Positions 15,498 to 29,495 of a stretch of 64,000 nt of DNA are shown in pieces. Source of the DNA: Octopus vulgaris (taxonomy: Eukaryota); contig OX597827.1 of NCBI GenBank assembly GCA_951406725.2, forward strand, positions 37,324,001 through 37,388,000. The letters run 5' to 3'. The first letter of the stretch is position 1. Each line of letters starts with the position of its first letter. Made by a program: the position numbers and the translations under genes. Below the pieces are notes generated by a model. It was not told where the DNA came from, did not search any database, and worked only from the letters and a program-made list of their open reading frames with translations.

Positions 15498-15564
15498 CAG
15501 CATTTTGCTGTTCTGAAGATGTTGAAGAAGAATCATGAAGAGCAGCATTCTGCATTTTGGAAGC

Positions 15565-15641
<77 letters not shown>

Positions 15642-17490
15642 GATGGTGGTGGTGATGATGATGATGATGATGGTGATGATGTTGGTTATTTTCCTCAAAT
15701 GAAATTAATGAAAGAGAACCCATATCAATAGAAAAGGGAGAGGTAATTACTGGCCCTTTTCTCTCAAGTGATATGTCTTTCTGACTGTTTCGGGTTGATG
15801 ACAGAATATTTGATGACAGAATGTTGAAATGAATTTGAGTCATTACTCTTATCCCTGGCTTCAACATTTTCATTCTCAGCCTTTGCTTCAGAATCACTGC
15901 TACATGACAGACCAACACAACCAGGCCTTTCCCCAAGAGAAACAGAAAGTGAAACTGAACTGTCAGAGAGAAGAACTATTTCATGTTTTGTATCTCCACT
16001 TGCATTGCAAAGCAGCTGCAACTGGGATTGTTCATTGGAAGTTTCAATTTGAACAAATGCTTTGTTGCCTTCTTCAAGGGACGTATCAAGGCTGTCACTA
16101 GCAGAAATATGTTCTTCCACTGAAGACAAATTTAGGGAACTTCTAGGTAAGGGCAACTCTTGGCAAGGTCCTGATGAAGAGTCTGAAATGTTAGGTAATG
16201 GTGAAGATGTAAACTGACCGGGATCAATTCTAGACTTGAACAACCCATAGCTGCTTCTACCTGATATTACTTCTGTATTCATGCTCTCTGGAGTCGACCA
16301 AGTCTGGCTGCTACATGGATACTGAAGTCTCAGATAAAATAACACTTGTATGTGACTGCAAACATGGATGTTCATTTTTGCTGTCTCTACCAGAATCAGT
16401 CAGTACCAAATCAGATTGGCCAAGACGACCAATTGTTTCATTTAAGAGATCAGCAGTTTCAGAAAATTGATTCTGGAATTATTCTTAGATTTTAAATTAC
16501 TATTTACAATTCTTCTTTTGCGACTAGAAAACCAAAGGCTAGAAAGGCAACAAAAATATTTGTTGCTATGAAACATTTTTTTCTTCCGTTCATGGTGAGC
16601 AGACACTGGAGTGTTTTGTTCCATGTAATTCTCCAACTGACACTTTTTGATGAGTTTTCTTTTGCGAGAGATAACTTGCTGTCGCTTTGGTGATCTCCCC
16701 ATACTTTCTTGGTGCAAGCAGTTTTCTCAATTCGACACTGTTTTATATAGTGTGAATGATATTCAAACTTTCTCAGACCACGTGGTTTGTTATAATTTTG
16801 ACCATAAGGGCAGTCTGAGGTGTCCCCTGTGAAAGCAGGGTAACCATCAGTTAAACTTGATAAGGATGAAGTAGACAAAGGTTCGGCATTACCTTCATCA
16901 TTAGCCTCAGTTCTATGAATACTGCTAAGGTTAGCATATGTTGGTCTCTTTTCCAAACGAGGTGTTGTAACATTTACCTCAATGGGTTTTCTCTGTTCAT
17001 CACTTGAACAGGTTTGACGCTTATCAGATATAAACTTTGTAAAAGAATCTTCCTTTGAATATTTTGTTGATTTTTTAGGCCATGAGGAAACAGATGACAA
17101 TGATGATGATAATGATGAGGACATTGGTGGTGACAGTATACCATGAGTTTTTAACGAGACAGGTTGATTTGTTGGAGACTGTACCATATTGGATGCTGAA
17201 CTTTGCGACATAGGTGAACAGTACAATTTGTAATTTGTAGTCTGACTATGTAGTATAACCGGAGGCATTGGTGTTGACTCAGAAGGACAGAGTAAATTTT
17301 TGTTCCTCGTGTCACCAACTTTTGATTGTTCAAAACTCTGATCTTCATCATCGTCTGTGTCACTGGACATTTTTAATAGGGCTTCAATGGTACGGTTCCC
17401 ATAATCTAAGCCTACATTTGAAGATGTAATTGGAAGAGGCCCGCAATGAGAAAGTTTTTCCATGTTGGGCAAAATTGTTCTACAACCCAT
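14708..17490 (-). CDS. Large low-complexity Ser-rich coding exon of an unidentified host gene (39 His, 17 Thr runs), interrupted by about 6 frameshifts (assembly indels or pseudogene)
   Basis: Consecutive minus-strand ORFs 16504-17490, 16442-16717, 15764-16375, 15349-15936, 14814-15392 and 14708-15040 read as protein-like and can be joined by small (about 1-nt) shifts. There is a pyrimidine-rich acceptor TTTATTTCCAG at 17603 and a terminal ...KILANV-TGA. Confidence 0.6.
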
Positions 17491-18342
17491 CCGACAGAGT
17501 GTTTTTTTTTAATTTTTCTTTCACAGAATATATTACCATCTATCTTAATGTTATTCATCAAATCAGGATTGTCAACCAGTGAAGTGAGGGATCAAATGCA
17601 ACCTGGAAATAAAAATAAAAAGGAAAATAAATAATAAATAAAATAATTATTGAGTAGTCACAAGAAGTCCTACCATCCCATTTTTTTGCTTCAATAAATC
17701 TGTGGTTGAACATCATCGTCATCATCCTTTCATGTCCATTTTCCAGACTGGCAAGCCGAAGAACTCTACCAGGTTCCAGTCTGATTTAGCTTGGTTTTTA
17801 TGGCTGGAAGTGCTTCCTAACACCAACCACTTAACAGTGTGTGCTGGATGCTTTTTATGTGGCACCAGCATGGGAGCTATTACATGGCTCCTGTGCCGGT
17901 GCCATGTAAAAAAAAACATGTATGTAAGATAATAGATTCCTTAAATATGCGCAGAGCTCAGTGTAACATAAAGTCTAAGCTGGATTCATAACCTGAACTT
18001 GTGCTTTACCAACCAGAACCCTTCATACATTTGTCAGTATTTTTGTTGCTATTTGGTTTTCTAGCCTTGTAACACAAAACTTTATTCAAGCTTCTGTTTA
18101 TGGTTCCTCTTTCTTATCTTTTGCTTGTTTCAGTCATTAGACTCTGGCCATGCTGGAACACTGTTTTCAAGGATTTAGTCGAACAGATTGATCCCAATAC
18201 TTAGCTTTTTTTTTCAGGTCTGATATTTATTCTACTAGTTTCTTTTTGCTGAGCTGCTAGGTTACAGTGATGTAAATGAACTAACACCAGTTGTCAAGTG
18301 GTGGATGGGGACAAATACAACACAAATAGATATATATGCATA

Positions 18343-18503
18343 GGCACAGGAGTGGCTGTGTGGTAAGTAGCTTGCTTACCAACCACATAGTTCCGGGTTC
18401 AGTCCCACTGCATGGCACCTTGGGCAAGTGTCTTCTGATATAGCCCCGGGCCGACCAATGCCTTGTGAGTGGATTTGGTACATGGAAACTGAAAGAAGCC
18501 TGT
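18343..18503 (+). mobile_element. tRNA-derived SINE (representative; similar heads near 2030-2165, 4170-4320, 5985-6130, 8535-8690, 22040-22110, 49475-49590)
   Basis: A-box-like TGGCTGTGTGGT and B-box-like GGTTCAGTCC, followed by GCACCTTGGGCAAGTG. Confidence 0.75.
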
Positions 18504-18515
18504 CATATATATGTA

Positions 18516-18568
<53 letters not shown>

Positions 18569-19295
18569 ATGTGTTTGTGTGTCTGTGTATGACCCCCTAG
18601 CATTGCTTGACAACCAATGCTGGTGTGTTTTTGTCCCCGTCACTTAGCGTTTCGGCAAAAAGAGACCGTTAGAATAAGTACAGGGCTTACAAAGAATAAG
18701 TCTCGGGGTCGATTTGCTCGATTAAAGGTGGAGCTCCAGCATGGCCACAGTCAAATGACTGAAACAAGTAAAAGAAGAGAAAAAGAAAGAACACACACAC
18801 ATACATGACATGTTTCTTCCAGTTTCTATCTACCAAAGTCATTTACAAGGCCTTGATTGACTGGAGTTATAGAAGACGCTTGCTAAAAGTACCCTGCAAT
18901 GAGAACGAACCCAGAGCCACGTGGTCGAAAAGCAAGCTTCTTATCACACAACCAATTGTCTTATGACAATTATATAAACAAGAATAAGTCATTTAGTCAG
19001 TTGGTGCCAAGCATTTGAGAGTGCACATTGACTAAGATAACACAAGTACTGTTACCACTGTCACAACATGGAAACAACAGTAACCGTATCCTCTTTGGTT
19101 TACCCCTAGTCAAGAGACTGCTATGAGCAAAACACTGCTTGCTTAAAGTTGGCACACACACTTACACCCTAACTGACAGGTCAACCAAAATGTCCTCACA
19201 TACATGAATACACACTGTAGATTTGTCTACCAGAAATAATTTATTTTGTTGTTCATACTGTTAACAATCTTTATGAATTTCAATGAAATTTGCTA

Positions 19296-19525
19296 GCTGG
19301 CAGAATCGTTAGCACGCCGGGCGAAATGCGTAGCCGTATTTCGTCTGCCGTTACCTTCTGAGTTCAAATTCTGCCGAGGTCGACTTTGCCTTTCATCCTT
19401 TCGGGGTTGATTAAATAAGTACCAGTTATGCACTGGGGTCGATATAAACAACTTAATCTGCTTGTCTGTCCTTGTTTGTCCTCTCTGTATTTAGCCCCTT
19501 GTGGGTAGTAAAGAAATAGAAATAG
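19296..19525 (+). mobile_element. tRNA-derived SINE with a Meta-domain-like core (second copy at about 54195-54400)
   Basis: B-box GAGTTCAAATTC followed by GTCGACTTTGCCTTTCATCCTTTCGGGG...AAATAAGTACC, which resembles the conserved MetaSINE central domain as recalled. Confidence 0.65.
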
Positions 19526-20728
19526 AATATAATGATTGTTGGTGTACACTGCTGTAGTTTTTACCTATTGTCATGCCACTTTCACCTGCCAAAGTAAGTT
19601 GAATACAATTAAATTGATTACACTGAAGCGTTTCAACATATGTACACAAAATATTGATTCCATGGAATTAATTTCCTGTTTCAGAGCTGAATTCTTTTTC
19701 CAGTTTGTCTCTGAAACTTTGAACCTGCAAAACTCTCAAAAGAAAAAGACTCCAAGAGATATCTTAATCTTTTATCTCCTCCATTCAATGTTTTGTATGG
19801 CTCAACAAATTAATGCTATTTACTCTTATTACACGGTTCATAAACCTACCAGTAAGGAGAGATCTACATTCAAAATATATCACTAAAGTAATGGGCCTTT
19901 AAAAAAAACATCTTTATCACTCACCAATGAAAGCATTGATGCAAAAAACACCAAACAATGTAATAAATAACTTAACTTCTGCTCACAACTGATAAAATTG
20001 CAATATCATTTAGATCACTGGAGTATAAAGACAACACTGAAATATCACTCTAATTATTTTATCCAAGTTCAAACTCCCTTTTGCAAATTAAATATTTAAT
20101 AAATAACATCACAGAATTGTAACCCAACCTTTGAGGTCTTAATACCATTAAGCCCCCAAATCAAAGAAAAATCTGGAGAAATTTGTTCAATAAAATACAG
20201 AATGTAAACACATGTTAAACAGGAAATTCTTTCTAAAGTGAAGCTAAACATTGTTTCCTGTGCAAAAGAGTGCTTAGTTACAGTTTTCAATCCTAAACGA
20301 CAGCATTGCTTGAATTGTGGCTTTGTGCAGTTCAGGATTTTGTGACAGTTGCAGATATTTGCAGGGTAGGATTTCAAGGGTTAAGAAGATAAAATACTTT
20401 TATGCATCAGACAGCAGCCTTGTCTCCAATATCCTTATTCTGATTGTCAATCAGACTTTGCTTATTTGCCAACCATCTTACAACATGGCACTGGGTGCCT
20501 TTTACTATGATGCCAGCATTAATGAGGTTGCTTTGACCCTAAAAGCCTATAAAGTTTACATGAACTTATGGTGTCTCCAGTACCCTAAGGCAACCGCTTC
20601 CCCCTGATAAGATGAATAGCAGAGAGATAGAAAGTGAGAGAAAGAGAACCAGGCTGAGTGCGTGAAGGGAGTTTGAAGGGTGAAACAAAGTACAAGAGCA
20701 TAATGGAAAACACACCTGAACACATACC

Positions 20729-20763
<35 letters not shown>

Positions 20764-20941
20764 GTAATTGAAAGAAGGGAGTAGTGACAGTGAAAGAGAA
20801 TTACAGGCAAGAACATTATTTTGGATAAAAAAAACCTCTACATACACTCAGAAAAAAAAGGTTTCTATTGAGAAAGATATAAAATGACATGGAAGGAAGA
20901 GGATAAATGTGCATTGTGTGAGATAAAGGGTGAGAGTGAAT

Positions 20942-20973
<32 letters not shown>

Positions 20974-22129
20974 ACACGAACTCAAACTCAGTATATGCAT
21001 CTTTATATCTTTATATTTTGTCTTCAAAGAAAACACTTCTACTCTCTTCTCTTTCTCTTTAGAAGCGTAGCAGCCTAAATTCCTTCAAGTCACACTCTAC
21101 AATCACAAGAGAAGAAAGGGACACATTGGATAATATAGTCTTAAATACAATGTCTGGGGAATAAAAAAAAAAGAAAGAAAGCAAAATGCTGGGATGATCC
21201 CAGCTGGAATGCCTTTCATCATGAGTCTGCTAGACCATCATGGTTTGACCTGGGGCTAAACAACTAGAACACACTGCACTTTCCTCCATGTCCTATGATG
21301 TGGAAGAGGATGAGCAAAACAGTGAGAATATGTTTCTTGTTATAGTTGTTGTCTTTGATTTGTCTATTCTATTCAATTGTTCTTTCCATACATTTCATCT
21401 CTGCCTCACATCTTCTACTCGGTCTTCTCAACAAACCCAACATATCAATTGTCTGTCTTTTACATTTTCTTTTTCTTTCTAACTAGCTGTGGCCATGCTG
21501 GATCTTTGTTTGTCATGGTCGTCATCATCATCATCATCATCATCACCAAAACCACCACCTATCCTTCATTTTCATGTTCACTTTTCCACAGACAAAATTC
21601 CTTGAGGCAAATTTTCTACAGCCTTCCTGTCATCCACCCTCACTTCTTTCCGAGTGAAGCTAACATTCCCCCATGGCTGGACATTTTTTCACAGAAGAAT
21701 GGGAATGAAAGAGACTGCTTGTACAAGGTAATGCCTGCTTACAACTATTAGGCGATGTCAAGACAACAAGTACACACACAATATATACATATTCTTTTAT
21801 TTGTCTCAGCCGTTTGACTGTGGCCATGCTGGAGCACCATCTTTAATTGAACAAATCGACTTCAAGACTTATTCTTTGTAAGCCTAGTATTTATTCTATC
21901 AGTCTCTTTTGCTGAACTGATACGGGGACATAAACACACCAATACCAGTTGTCAAACGATGGTGGGGGGGGGGACAAACACAGACACACAAACATATATA
22001 CAAACACACACACATATATGACAGGCTTCTTTGCCTGTCACATGTAGTGGGACTGAACCCGGAACCATGTGTTTGGTAAGCAAGCTACTTACCACACAGC
22101 CACTCTTGCAACTATATATATATATATAT

Positions 22130-22168
<39 letters not shown>

Positions 22169-22729
22169 TGTGATGGGCTTTTAAAGTTTCCACCTACTGA
22201 ATCCATTCATAAGGGTTTGGTCAGCCTAAGAGTACAGAGTAAAAGACACTTGTCCAAAGTGCCATGCAGTGGAACTGAACCTGAAACCTTGTGATTGGGA
22301 AACAAATGTTTAATCATCATCATCATCACCGTTCTCCTTCCCACTGATTGTATTACAGATGTATATATGTATATATATATATATATATATTTATATGTAC
22401 GTGTATCTCTAGTTATCTGTCTGTCTGTCTATGTAAATATATGTATGTGTGTCGGTGTGTGTATTTCTTAGCAGAGGTGTTGAATATATTTATCCTGCGG
22501 CAGTCTTTGCTGAGGTTGGTATTGTATCTTGCTGTAGCCAAAACATCATGTGACAGTAGGGGGAGGAAGCCCCTCGATGACATTCAGGCAGCTGATGATC
22601 ACATGTGTTATTGCACGGTCAACATTTACTGTTGTGTATCTTGGTTGGCAATTTAAGGGTTTCACTGTCTCGTCTGTTCATTAGATACTCCATAGCTTTC
22701 TCCTGCTCTTGGGTCACAAATATAAAAAA

Positions 22730-22829
22730 NNNNNNNNNNNNNNNNNNNNNNNNNNNNNNNNNNNNNNNNNNNNNNNNNNNNNNNNNNNNNNNNNNNNNNN
22801 NNNNNNNNNNNNNNNNNNNNNNNNNNNNN
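22730..22829. other. Assembly gap (N run)
   Basis: Run of 100 N. Confidence 1.
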
Positions 22830-25800
22830 TAAAGAAATAGTAAACTTTTGGGGTTTTTAATGTTTTTGTAGTAAAGAAATAGTAAACTTTTGGGGTTTTT
22901 TAATGTTTTTGTAGTAAAGAAATAGTAAACTTTTGGGGGGTTTTTAATGTTTTTGTAGTAAAGAAATAGTAAACTTTTGAGGGTTTTTAATGTTTTTGTA
23001 GTAAAGAAATAGTAAACTTTTGGGGGTTTTTTTAATGTTTTTGTAGTAAAGAAATAGTAAACTTTTGGGGTTTTTTAATGTTTTTGTAGTAAAGAAATAG
23101 TAAACTTTTGGGGGTTTTTAATGTTTTTGTAGTAAAGAAATAGTAAACTTTTGGGGGTTTTTAATGTTTTTGTAGTAAAGAAATAGTAAACTTTTGGGTT
23201 TTTTTAATGTTTTTGTAGTAAAGAAATAGTAAACTTTTGGGGGTTTTTAATGTTTTTGTAGTAAAGAAATAGTAAACTTTTGGGGTTTTTAATGTTTTTG
23301 TAGTAAAGAAATAGTAAACTTTTGGAAAGTAAACTTTTTTTAATGTTTTTGTAGTAAAGTAAAGGGTTTTAAATAAAGAAATAAAACTTTTGGGGGTTTT
23401 TAATGTTTTTGTAGTAAAGAAATAGTAAACTTTTGGGGGTTTTTAATGTTTTTGTAGTAAAGAAATAGTAAACTTTTGGGGTTTTTAATGTTTTTGTAGT
23501 AAAGAAATAGTAAACTTTTGGGGTTTTTAATGTTTTTGTAGTAAAGAAATAGTAAACTTTTGGGGGTTTTTAATGTTTTGTAGTAAAGAAATAGTAAACT
23601 TTTGGGGGTTTTTAATGTTTTTGTAGTAAAGAAATAGTAAACTTTTGTTTTGAGGGTTTTTAATGTTTTTGTAGTAAAGAAATAGTAAACTTTTGGGGGT
23701 TTTTAATGTTTTTGTAGTAAAGAAATAGTAAACTTTTGGGGGTTTTTAATGTTTTTGTAGTAAAGAAATAGTAAACTTTTGGGGGTTTTTAATGTTTTTG
23801 TAGTAAAGAAATAGTAAACTTTTGTAAACTTTTGGGGGTTTTTAATGTTTTTGTAGTAAAGAAATAGTAAACTTTTGGGGGTTTTTAATGTTTTTGTAGT
23901 AAAGAAATAGTAAACTTTTGGGGGTTTTTAATGTTTTTGTAGTAAAAGAAATAGTAAACTTTTGGGGGTTTTTAATGTTTTTGTAGTAAAGAAATAGTAA
24001 ACTTTTGGGGTTTTTTAATGTTTTTGTAGTAAAGAAATAGTAAACTTTTGGGGGTTTTTAATGTTTCTGTAGTAAAGAAATAGTAAACTTTTGGGGGTTT
24101 TTAATGTTTTTGTAGTAAAGAAATAGTAAACTTTTGGGGGTTTTTAATGTTTTTGTAGTAAAGAAATAGTAAACTTTTGGGGTTTTTTAATGTTTTTGTA
24201 GTAAAGAAATAGTAAACTTTTGGAGGTTTTTAATGTTTTTGTAGTAAAGAAATAGTAAACTTTTGAGGGTTTTTAATGTTTTTGTAGTAAAGAAATATAA
24301 ACTTTTGGGGGTTTTTAATGTTTTTGTAGTAAAGAAATAGTAAACTTTTGGGGGTTTTTAATGTTTTTGTAGTAAAGAAATAGTAAACTTTTGGGGTTTT
24401 TAATGTTTTTGTAGTAAAGAAATAGTAAACTTTTGGGGTTTTTAATGTTTTTGTAGTAAAGAAATAGTAAACTTTTGGGGTTTTTTAATGTTTTTGTAGT
24501 AAAGAAATAGTAAACTTTTGGGGGTTTTTAATGTTTTTGTAGTAAAGAAATAGTAAACTTTTGGGGGGTTTTTAATGGGGGTTTTTAATGTAGTAAAGAA
24601 ATAGTAAACTTTTGGGGGTTTTTGTAAAAGAAATATAAACTTTTTTTAATGTTTTTGTAGTAAAGAAATAGTAAACTTTTGGGGGTTTTTAATGTTTTTG
24701 TAGTAAAGAAATAGTAAACTTTTGGGGGTTTTTAATGTTTTTGTAGTAAAGAAATAGTAAACTTTTGGGGTTTTTAATGTTTTTGTAGTAAAGAAATAGT
24801 AAACTTTTGGGGTTTTTAATGTTTTTGTAGTAAAGAAATAGTAAACTTTTGGGGTTTTTAATGTTTTTGTAGTAAAGAAATAGTAAACTTTTGGGAGTTT
24901 TTAATGTTTTTGTTGTAAAGAAATAATAAACTTTTGAGGGTTTTTAATGTTTTTGTAGTAAAGAAATAGTAAACTTTTGGGGTTTTTAATGTTTTTGTAG
25001 TAAAGAAATAGTAAACTTTTGGGGTTTTTAATGTTTTTGTATGTAAAAGAAATAGTAAACTTTTGGGGGTTTTTAATGTTTTTGTAGTAAAGAAATAGTA
25101 AACTTTTGAGGCTTTTTGTTTTTGTAAAAGAAATAGTAAACTTTTGGGGTTTTTAATGTTTTTGTAGTAAAGAAATAGTAAACTTTTGGGGGTTTTTAAT
25201 GTTTTTGTAGTAAAGAAATAGTAAACTTTTGGGGTTTTTAATGTTTTTGTAGTAAAGAAATAGTAAACTTTTGGGGGTTTTTTAATGTTTTTAAAGTAGT
25301 AATGTTTTTGTAGAAATAGTAAACTTTTGGGGTTTTTAATGTTTTGTAGTAAAGAAATAGTAAACTTTTGGGGGTTTTTAATGTTTTTGTAGTAAAGAAA
25401 TAGTAAACTTTTGGGGGTTTTTAATGTTTTTGTAGTAAAGAAATAGTAAACTTTTGAGGGTTTTTAATGTTTTTGTAGTAAAGAAATAGTAAACTTTTGG
25501 GGTTTTTTAATGTTTTTGTAGTAAAGAAATAGTAAACTTTTGGGGGTTTTTAATGTTTTTGTAGTAAAGAAATAATAAACTTTTGAGGGTTTTTAATGTT
25601 TTTGTAGTAAAGAAATAGTAAACTTTTGGGGGTTTTTAATGTTTTTGTAGTAAAGAAATAGTAAACTTTTGGGGGTTTTTAATGTTTTTGTAGTAAAGAA
25701 ATAGTAAACTTTTGGGGTTTTTAATGTTTTTGTAGTAAAGAAATAGTAAACTTTTGGGGGTTTTTTAATGTTTTTGTAGTAAAGAAATAGTAAACTTTTG

Positions 25801-27098
25801 GGGGTTTTTAATGTTTTTGTAGTAAAGAAATAGTAAACTTTTGGGGGTTTTTAATGTTTTTGTAGTAAAGAAATAGTAAACTTTTGGGGTGTTTTAATGT
25901 TTTTGTAGTAAAGAAATAATAAACTTTTGAGGGTTTTTAATGTTTTTGTAGTAAAGAAATAATAAACTTTTGAGGGTTTTTAATGTTTTTGTAGTAAAGA
26001 AATAGTAAACTTTTGGGGGTTTTTAATGTTTTTGTAGTAAAGAAATAGTAAACTTTTGGGTTTTTTAAAAATGTTTTTGTAGTAAAGAAATAGTAAACTT
26101 TTGGGGGTTTTTAATGTTTTTGTAGTAAAGAAATAGTAAACTTTTGGGGGTTTTTAATGTTTTTGTAGTAAAGAAATAGTAAACTTTTGGGGTTTTTAAT
26201 GTTTTTGTAGTAAAGAAATAGTAAACTTTTGGGGGTTTTTAATGTTTTTGTAGTAAAGAAATAGTAAACTTTTGGGGGTTTTTAATGTTTTTGTAGTAAA
26301 GAAATAGTAAACTTTTGGGGGTTTTTAATGTTTTTGTAGTAAAGAAATAGTAAACTTTTGGGGTTTTTAATGTTTTTGTAGTAAAGAAATAGTAAACTTT
26401 TGGGGGTTTTTAATGTTTTTGTAGTAAAGAAATAGTAAACTTTTGGGGGTTTTTTTTAATGTTTTTGTAGTAAAGAAATAGTAAACTTTTGAGGGTTTTT
26501 AATGTTTTTGTAGTAAAGAAATAGTAAACTTTTGGGGGTTTTTAATGTTTTTGTAGTAAAGAAATAGTAAACTTTTTGAGGGGTTTTTAATGTTTTTGTA
26601 GTAAAGAAATAGTAAACTTTTGGGGGTTTTTAATGTTTTTGTAGTAAAGAAATAGTAAACTTTTGAGGGTTTTTAATGTTTTTGTAGTAAACTTTTGGGG
26701 GTTTTTAATGTTTTTGTAGTAAAGAAATAGTAAACTTTTGGTTTTTTTTAATGTTTTTGTAGTAAAGAAATAGTAAACTTTTGAGGGTTTTAATGTTTTT
26801 GTAGTAAAGAAATAGTAAACTTCTGGGGGTTTTTAATGTTTTTGTAGTAGAGAAATAGTATACTTTTGGGGGTTTTTAATGTTTTTGTAGTAAAGAAATA
26901 GTAAACTTTTCGGGTTTTTTAATGTTTTTGTAGTAAAGAAATAGTAAACTTTTGGGGCTTTTTAATGTTTTTGTAGTAAAAAAATAATAAACTTTTGGGA
27001 CTTTTTAATGTTTTTGTAGTAAAGAAATAGTAAACTTTTGGGGTTTTTTAATGTTTTTGTAGTAAAGAAATAGTAAACTTTCGGGGTTTTTTTAATGT
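22830..27098. repeat. 43-bp satellite, roughly 100 units
   Basis: Consensus GTAGTAAAGAAATAGTAAACTTTTGGGGGTTTTTAATGTTTTT; variation is mostly in homopolymer length. Confidence 0.98.
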
Positions 27099-27666
27099 TC
27101 TAGTTCTGGTCTTGCTTCAAGTTAGTTTTCTTAAAACATTTTTCAGATCGATTTTTAAGTACTAAGTACTTAAGTTCTAATCCTGAGTTTGCCATTGAAA
27201 AATAGGAGGGGTTGGAAAGGTCAGTGTTTTTTCTATATCCTTACTTGTCTGCATTCTTTCTTAACGTTGCTCTGTTAGTTTATTTCTATTCTTATTATTT
27301 TTACTTTTTATCGGGAAGTTTGCTTTCGTAGCCGAACAAAACAAACCCTGAAGTATCCGAACCTGACTGTGAACTATTTCTTCCAACCTGTGGGCCACTA
27401 ACTGCAAAGTTCTTGTCATCATTGGTAGGTCACCTCACCGAGGTGTCAGGTGAAGTCCGTGAGGGTGCCTAGCTTTTCCAACGCCTAGCCCCATCAGTGG
27501 TAATGCTGCAAGCATGCTGGCTTGCTTCAGTAGGTTCCTTTGAACCTTGTGGTGTGCCATCGATTGAAGCATTTGGTGCTGCATTGATGTTTTAATTCTC
27601 TTTGTTTTTGTTTTATAAAAACTTATATTATGGAAGAATCATGACTATTGTTTAAAAAAAAAGTTA

Positions 27667-28293
27667 TTGGATCTTTTCCTTTTGAACGGCAGATGTCAAC
27701 ACAATTTCTAGTTAACTAAACACTTTTAAACTTTGTATACTGGTAGAATGTGTTTATAAAACATCATTTTCTCTTGGTTTTATTGAGAAAGTTCTATAGT
27801 TTGTAAGATATTTCATCTGAAAATCCGAGCATTTCCGCAATTTTAACCAATCGATTACCTTCATTCAACTAAAATCATTTGTTGCGTCTAAAATTGAGAC
27901 AACATCCTGTAACTAACCCTAAACCTCCCCCCTAACCCTAATTTTTTTTTCTTAATTGTTAAATTAATTTAATTCCATTGCTTTAGTTTTTTTACACGCG
28001 TAACAATTGAATTAATTTAACAATTAAGAAAAAATAATTTAGGATTAGTGGGGAGGTTTATGGTTAGTTACAGGATGTTGTCTCAGTTTTAGACGCAGCA
28101 AATGATTTTAGCTCAAAAGAGAGCATAGGATTGGTTAAAATTCGAAAAATTAAACTACGTTAAACAAATTACAATTTTCTCAAGAAAGCCAAGAGAAAAT
28201 AATGTTTTATTTTGACACATTCTACCAGTATACAAAGTTTTAAAGTGTTTAGTTAACTAGAAATTGTCTGCCGTTCAAAAGGAAAAGATCCAA
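27667..28293. mobile_element. Foldback/MITE-like element with ~300 bp imperfect inverted arms
   Basis: TTGGATCTTTTCCTTTTGAACGGCAGA ... TCTGCCGTTCAAAAGGAAAAGATCCAA; the arms pair almost to the centre. No TSD recognised. Confidence 0.8.
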
Positions 28294-29495
28294 CTATAAG
28301 TACTCTATAAACTTAAAATGAACTTTGTTCAGAAATCGTAGAAAATATGTAACTATTGATTACGTAGTTTATCTTTTTTAAAAAATATTTAGCTGTTGTT
28401 TCTAGCATGTCGAGTTTTCTGGTGATGGTTTGATATGTTTTTTGCCTGCTCTTTCAGGTGAAATCTACGCATGCGTAAAACATCAGACGAAAGTGAAACA
28501 TCAAACGAAAGTGAAACATTCTCGGAATTTTTCGCTTTTTGACAGGAAGTGAGGGTGGTGGGGATAGGAGAATAGGGTATTTTCTAATTAAAATTTTTAA
28601 AAAGAACTTTTGGTTAATGTTTACAATAATACCCGGAAACGAAACAGAAAAAAGTAATCCAAAGTGTGTAGGAAACGAATATGAAAGCAAAAATGCGCGG
28701 AAAGCAACGGGGGTGGGGTAGAGGACTTCGGAAAATTCACAAGACCCGAGTTTTTCCCTCATAAATTTTTGGAAAAATGGGTCTTTTTAAAAGAAGTTTT
28801 ATACAGATACCTTTCAAACGGCATAGATTACAATTATAAAGAAATATGTGGGTAAAATCCTTTCCGGAGGGGTGGGGAGAGGACTTCGAAAAATTCACAA
28901 GATCTGATTTTTTCCCCTCGTAACTTTAAGGGAAATGGATATCTTTTAATGAAATTGTATATAATTGTATATAACGTGGTTTTTGTGAGGATTTTGTATC
29001 ATTCTTTCTCTCCCTAACCCTAACCCCCCTCCCCCATATAAAAAAACACTTGTTTGAAATGTATCTGGTATTTCCACCGGTACATATACCGAAGTTTCGC
29101 CAAAAAATCGATAAACATCAATCCATGTCAGAGTCACAAAGAAAAGTGGTCATGGAGCGTGCTAGAAACGACAGCCAAATATCCCCTAAATCACACACCT
29201 TTTCGTGTGAAAATATTCATTATTATTATTATCATTTTTTTAAACCGAAAAGGCTTCTCCCATGGTTTTTAAGCGCGTAGTGCAAAAAAATTGGTTAAAA
29301 TCAGCCTGGAAGGGTGAGGTGAAAAACATTTTTTTTTTTTTGATTTTCAAACTTTTTTTTATTTCGAAGGCGGAAGTGGTAAATAAATAAATAAATAAAA
29401 ATGTAAATATCCCTGTCAAAACGGAGAAATCCAACTTACATGGGCTTCCTGATCCGAAACTCCACCGAAGAAAAAATCATTTTAAACGTGAAAGG

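Noticed and set aside
18343-18420. tRNA gene
   Set aside because: A/B boxes are present but there is no proper cloverleaf; it is a multi-copy SINE head.
22830-27098. CRISPR-like periodic array (also considered for 40351-41374)
   Set aside because: Units are contiguous with no unique spacers, there are no cas genes, and the context is eukaryotic.
27910-27942. Telomere-like TAACCC motifs (also ~29015)
   Set aside because: Only one or two units inside repeat elements; not an interstitial telomeric array.
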